A DNA stretch of 63,736 nt, filler included, from an uncultured Thermoplasmatales archaeon (GTDB taxonomy: Archaea > Thermoplasmatota > E2 > DHVEG-1): NCBI GenBank assembly GCA_964517155.1. It is 4 parts of 4 records of this genome, joined end to end, with 100 filler letters (N's around TTAATTAATTAA, not from the genome) between each part and the next. Parts side by side here need not be neighbours in the genome. Positions count along the whole stretch, not along the records: positions 57,793 to 60,748 come from CAZFAZ010000045.1; positions 60,849 to 63,736 come from CAZFAZ010000047.1; 2 more parts are not named here. One strand, given 5' to 3'. A model generated the notes under the pieces. The model worked only from the letters and a program-made list of their open reading frames with translations, was not told where the DNA came from and made no database searches. Position numbers and translations under genes: made by a program. This document shows, piece by piece, positions 59,710 to 63,736 of the stretch. Each line of letters begins with the position of its first letter. Within the stretch, counting starts at the first letter, position 1.

Positions 59710-60678
59710 TTATTGCTCTACATATATTATTTTACTGCCCTGCGGCTCTAGATTAAAACTTAATTCTTTTAAATCTGATAACTTATCTCTTAATTTATCC
59801 TGGTTTTTTTCTTCACAATAAAGTAAAAGAAAACCCTGTCCACCTGCACCAAGAAGTTTTCCTCCTAGAGCACCTGATTTTAATGCTTTTTGATAGGTTT
59901 CATCTATTTTTTTATTTGATACTTTCCCTGTCTTTTTTTTATATATCCATCCTTTGTGTAGTAGTTCTCCGAAGTTTGCTAAATCGTTGTTTCTAAGAGA
60001 TTTTGCCATTTCTTCAGATAATTCTTTAATTTTATCTACATGGTTACTGTGTTTATCCATGTTTTTTTTACTATCTTTAAGTATAGAGCTTGCTTTTCTT
60101 TTACCTCCAATATAGAACATTAAAAGGTTTTTATCTAGTTTTTCTTTTGTCTTTTTTTTACATATAACTGGATTTACAAATACTGTTTCATCTTTGTTGA
60201 AACGTATATGATTAAGTCCACCATATGCTGATGCGTATTGGTCTTGTTTACCGATTGGTTCTTTTAAAATATCTATTTCTATTTGACATGCGTCTTGTGC
60301 TAGGTCTTCTGCTCCTTTGTGTTCTCCTTTAAAAGCATATAAAGCGTTTAATAGACCAACTGTAAATGCACTAGATGAGCCAAGGCCTGTCCCTGAGGGT
60401 ATATCACCTATAGATGTAATTTCTATACCGCCCTCAAGATTTGTCATTTTCAAGGATTCTTTTACAATTGGATGAACGATATCTTCAACATTGTCTACTA
60501 TCTCAGTTTCTGAGTAGCTAACTCTTATTTTTTCATCAAATTTTTTGTTAACGGTAATATAGATATATTTATCTATAGAAGTACTTGTTACAGCTCCATA
60601 GCTATTTTGATAGTAGTCTTTTATATCTGATACACCGCCGGCAAAACTTACTCTGAAAGGAGTTTTTGAGATAATCAT
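59710..60678 (-). CDS. hddA: D-glycero-alpha-D-manno-heptose-7-phosphate kinase (GHMP)
   Basis: TPFRVSFAGG, PSGTGLGSSS, IGKQDQY, GKLLGAGG.GF. Confidence 0.9.
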   Translation of the reverse strand: MIISKTPFRVSFAGGVSDIKDYYQNSYGAVTSTSIDKYIYITVNKKFDEKIRVSYSETEIVDNVEDIVHPIVKESLKMTNLEGGIEITSIGDIPSGTGLGSSSAFTVGLLNALYAFKGEHKGAEDLAQDACQIEIDILKEPIGKQDQYASAYGGLNHIRFNKDETVFVNPVICKKKTKEKLDKNLLMFYIGGKRKASSILKDSKKNMDKHSNHVDKIKELSEEMAKSLRNNDLANFGELLHKGWIYKKKTGKVSNKKIDETYQKALKSGALGGKLLGAGGQGFLLLYCEEKNQDKLRDKLSDLKELSFNLEPQGSKIIYVEQ

Positions 60679-60748
60679 TTTTATATAACCTGTTCTTTTT
60701 TTTGATATTACTTTTTTTTGTAATTTATGATAAGATATAAAAAATTAT

Positions 60749-60848
60749 NNNNNNNNNNNNNNNNNNNNNNNNNNNNNNNNNNNNNNNNNNNNTTAATTAA
60801 TTAANNNNNNNNNNNNNNNNNNNNNNNNNNNNNNNNNNNNNNNNNNNN
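60749..60848. other. Artificial contig-join spacer
   Basis: N-TTAATTAATTAA-N. Confidence 0.97.
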
Positions 60849-60850
60849 AT

Positions 60851-61183
60851 AGTTTATTAAGAGAAGAAGACGAACAAATAACACCTAATTTTAACATAGA
60901 TGAAATACAAATACCTACAGGGTTTTATCCTTCTGAAAAAATAGTACAACAAAAAGAATTTAAAAAAGAACAAAAACAAGATGAAAATATTTTAGATATA
61001 ATTGTTGAAAAAATAGTTGAAAAATCAAATCTAGATAAAAAAACAATAACACAACAGATAAAAGAACTAGAAAAAGAAAAAAACATAACGCCAGAAATTG
61101 CAGCCTTGCTAATCGGAAAAGAATACACTCTTGTTTTTAATGAGTTATTAGATAAAATAGAAAAAACAGTTTTTAAAAGTTAA
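60851..61183 (+). CDS. DUF2240 family protein (5' partial)
   Basis: PNFNIDEIQIPTGFYP ... ITPEIAALLIGKEY; not in the ORF track because it lacks a start. Confidence 0.75.
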   Translation, partial: SLLREEDEQITPNFNIDEIQIPTGFYPSEKIVQQKEFKKEQKQDENILDIIVEKIVEKSNLDKKTITQQIKELEKEKNITPEIAALLIGKEYTLVFNELLDKIEKTVFKS

Positions 61184-62520
61184 ATAAAATAAAAAATTAT
61201 TGGAATCAATAAAACACCCATACAATGACTGCGTCTAACACCAAATTCAACAGGTAAAAGCCCAATAAAAGTAGAAATAAGAAGTATCAACAAACCCATA
61301 AAACCAGTAAATAAAAAAACAAGAGCACCAATAAGAGTGATTGTACTTTTAACTAACAACGCATAAGGAACATTTGCAAATTTTCTAGCAAAAATTTTAC
61401 CGATTTTAAGTGTTAAAAAATAAGAAAAAACACCGCCTAATAAAAGCGAAATCAAAAAATAACATAAAAACTCTGGAATTAAAAAACCACTCCATTCATC
61501 AACACTAATAATGCTCATAACAGCAAGTGCAGCACCACTACGTGATTTTAAAATAACAAACATCATAACCACTACAAAAAAAGCACATGCTGTATTTACA
61601 GCAGAAAGTGTGACAATTGTTTGTTTTTTATCTGACTCCCCTCGTGCATTCATAGAAATAACAGTACCTGTGGCACTAGTAATACCAGGTATGATGCTTA
61701 CAAGAATGCCACCCAGACTACCAGTTACAACAGATAAAATACTTGCTTTTTTAGCCTTAACATCCAAAACAGGCTCAGAAAGGTCTTGCTCAGGTATAAC
61801 TGGTTTAGTCATAAGACTGGTGACAAGGGTAGGCATACCAAATAAACCTGCAAGAGAAGGAAACAAAACAGGAGATTCAAGACCAATCGGGGAATCAACA
61901 TACAGTTCAAAAATAACAAAACCAAAAAAACCGGATAAAAGAAAAACAAACAAAGCAAAAAGCATACCTAAAACAGGGGGAAAAATACCGCCTTTGTTAA
62001 ATAAATCAATTTTTGATTTTTCAGTACAAATCATAAGAATACTAATTGCTACTAAAACAAAAACCATAATGTCTTTTAAAACATCATAAAAAAAGAGTGG
62101 ACTTCCAATTATAAATCTAATAGGCAAAAGCAGAAGAAAACAAAAAACAACTGCACCAAAACTACCAAGTGCAGACAAAGAAACAGCTTCAAAACCATGT
62201 CCTTTAAGCAAAAGATCATGGGCGGGCAGAACACTAAGTGCTGTATCAGGGTCAGGTGCACCCAAAAAAGTAGACGGGATGGTATCGTGAAACGAATGGG
62301 ATAAAGCGCAGCTTAAAATAAAAACACCTATCAACATAAAAATAAATTCACTAGAAATTCCATATTCAAAAAGAAAACTAAAGCTAGACAAGAAAAACCC
62401 GGTTAAAGAAAGCAGTATAAGTGCAATATTATTAACATGCAATCCTGGTAAAAGCCCCGTGAGGATACCTGTTAAAACACCTAAAAAACAAAAAAATATG
62501 ACAAGAAACAACTCAAGCAT
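61180..62520 (-). CDS. TctA/DUF112 tripartite tricarboxylate transporter-like permease
   Basis: GLLPGLHVN, IPSTFLGAPD...VLP.H, VRRSHCMG. Confidence 0.88.
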   Translation of the reverse strand: MLELFLVIFFCFLGVLTGILTGLLPGLHVNNIALILLSLTGFFLSSFSFLFEYGISSEFIFMLIGVFILSCALSHSFHDTIPSTFLGAPDPDTALSVLPAHDLLLKGHGFEAVSLSALGSFGAVVFCFLLLLPIRFIIGSPLFFYDVLKDIMVFVLVAISILMICTEKSKIDLFNKGGIFPPVLGMLFALFVFLLSGFFGFVIFELYVDSPIGLESPVLFPSLAGLFGMPTLVTSLMTKPVIPEQDLSEPVLDVKAKKASILSVVTGSLGGILVSIIPGITSATGTVISMNARGESDKKQTIVTLSAVNTACAFFVVVMMFVILKSRSGAALAVMSIISVDEWSGFLIPEFLCYFLISLLLGGVFSYFLTLKIGKIFARKFANVPYALLVKSTITLIGALVFLFTGFMGLLILLISTFIGLLPVEFGVRRSHCMGVLLIPIIFYFI

Positions 62521-63145
62521 AAAAAACTCCATGTTTTTCATCGCAAAGAACCAGTTTGTATCTTAGCTGTTGCTCATCAAATAAAAACTTAGCAAAAATT
62601 ACGACTTTTTTACCTGAAGAAATATTTGCACCTTGATAATAATCAAAATAAACAGGTACAACCGTATTTGCCTCTAAATCAACAAGGTTAAAAAAAGAGT
62701 TGTAAATAACATCGATAACTCCGGTGACGTTAACGTTTAAATCAAGATATCTAAGAGGTTGCCGGGAAAGTGCTCGCACGGGTAAAGAAATATTTTCCCA
62801 TTTCTCAAGTATCTGTAGATTTTTTTTATCACTAACCATTATCTCCCAGTCTTCTTTGTATTTTTGTATTTCTCCGGTAACGGAGATTTTATCTCCATAT
62901 TCAACATCTGTAGTTCCTTCAACATATACAATAGCAGAGAAGTTTTCATCTTTAATTGTTATCATTTGACTTGCGTATTTTGTTGTGAAATATTCTTTAA
63001 CTATCCCTTGTGTTATAATTTTTTTACCTTCGTAGTTTGGTATTTCTATTAGATCTATAACAACAGGTTTTGAAAGAAGTGATAAAAAATAAAGTAAAAG
63101 TGTCCCCGTTATTGCAAATATAAGAGACAATTGTTTAAGTTTCAT
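62513..63145 (-). CDS. Membrane-anchored double OB-fold protein
   Basis: N-terminal TM; GD.ISVTGEIQKYK..WEI. Confidence 0.72.
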   Translation of the reverse strand: MKLKQLSLIFAITGTLLLYFLSLLSKPVVIDLIEIPNYEGKKIITQGIVKEYFTTKYASQMITIKDENFSAIVYVEGTTDVEYGDKISVTGEIQKYKEDWEIMVSDKKNLQILEKWENISLPVRALSRQPLRYLDLNVNVTGVIDVIYNSFFNLVDLEANTVVPVYFDYYQGANISSGKKVVIFAKFLFDEQQLRYKLVLCDEKHGVFYA

Positions 63146-63305
63146 AAAATATTTTATCTAAGCTGTTTTTATATAAAGTTAATGTTATAAATATGCTTTT
63201 TAGATAGATAAAATGGTATAAAATACATACAAGTAGAAAAAATATAATAACCTCTTGCTTTATTAGGCCTAAAACACACATTAAACTTTATTTGGTGGGA
63301 GTTAA

Positions 63306-63736
63306 ATGGTACAAAAAGAAACTGTTTTAAAAATTGCAGAAGCATTCCAACAAGATGTAGGATATGGACGAGCAAGAATAGATCATCAAACAAGACTCAA
63401 CTTAGATTTATCAATAGGCGACGTAATAGAAATAGAAGGAACAAAAAATACTGCCGCAGTAGTCTGGCGTGCACATCCAACAGATGAAGGAAAAGGAATA
63501 ATCAGAATAGATAATTTAACTAGAAAAAACGCAGGAACAGGCCTTGGTGAAAGAGTAAAAATCAGAAAAGCAGAAGTAAAAGAAGCAAAAGAAGTAACCA
63601 TTGCTCCACTTATTTCTAAAGGACAACAAATACAGTTCGGCAGTGGTATCGATTCATTAATTAAAAAAGGACTTTTAAAGCGGCCGCTTACAAAAGGAGA
63701 TAGTGTAATAATACCGGGTATCGCACTCTTTGGAAG
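63306..63736 (+). CDS. CDC48/VAT AAA ATPase N-domain (partial, runs off window)
   Basis: LKIAEAFQQDVGYGRARID, GDVIEIEG, IIRIDNLTRKNAG.GLGE. Confidence 0.92.
   Translation, partial: MVQKETVLKIAEAFQQDVGYGRARIDHQTRLNLDLSIGDVIEIEGTKNTAAVVWRAHPTDEGKGIIRIDNLTRKNAGTGLGERVKIRKAEVKEAKEVTIAPLISKGQQIQFGSGIDSLIKKGLLKRPLTKGDSVIIPGIALFG

Noticed and set aside
61511..62089. Long antisense ORFs (also 36671-37222, 50019-50447, 17493-17936, 12253-12579)
   Set aside because: Shadows of well-supported genes on the opposite strand, with no motifs

Overview
AT-rich (roughly 30% GC by eye) archaeal genomic sequence. It is most likely from an anaerobic Thermoplasmatota lineage such as MBG-D/Thermoprofundales; this is an inference from aRF1, TBP, archease, VAT/CDC48, DUF2240, DUF835 and Tes homologues. 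The window is four contigs joined by artificial 100-nt N-TTAATTAATTAA-N spacers (28467-28566, 57693-57792, 60749-60848), so adjacency across those joins is meaningless. Contig 1 opens with a co-directional ~19-kb Fe-S/redox block: ferredoxins, a NifX-like protein, a Tes-like radical SAM enzyme coupled to an orphan PorD-like ferredoxin, Fur, nadA, and a membrane-arm-less Mbx/MBS-like NuoBCDI module directly upstream of hdrA-mvhD, hdrC and hdrB. It then carries a signalling/archaellin region bounded by two diverged tRNA-3'-end-like direct repeats, followed by a HepT/MntA toxin-antitoxin pair. Contig 2 carries hypA/Mrp, dhs, a FecBCD-type ABC transporter with candidate NikR operators, a repeat array, nikR, four clustered UbiA prenyltransferases beside a sulfotransferase-like gene, an IS3 remnant, OPT/PqqD, aRF1, enolase and two tandem TBPs. 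Contig 3 is a GDP-heptose pathway. Contig 4 holds DUF2240, a TctA-like permease, an OB-fold protein and the start of CDC48/VAT. The best candidates for undescribed systems are the soluble Mbx-like JKLN + HdrABC-MvhD locus with atypical Cys ligands, and the 4x UbiA + sulfotransferase lipid cluster. All functional calls come from motif recognition only; no database searches were run.
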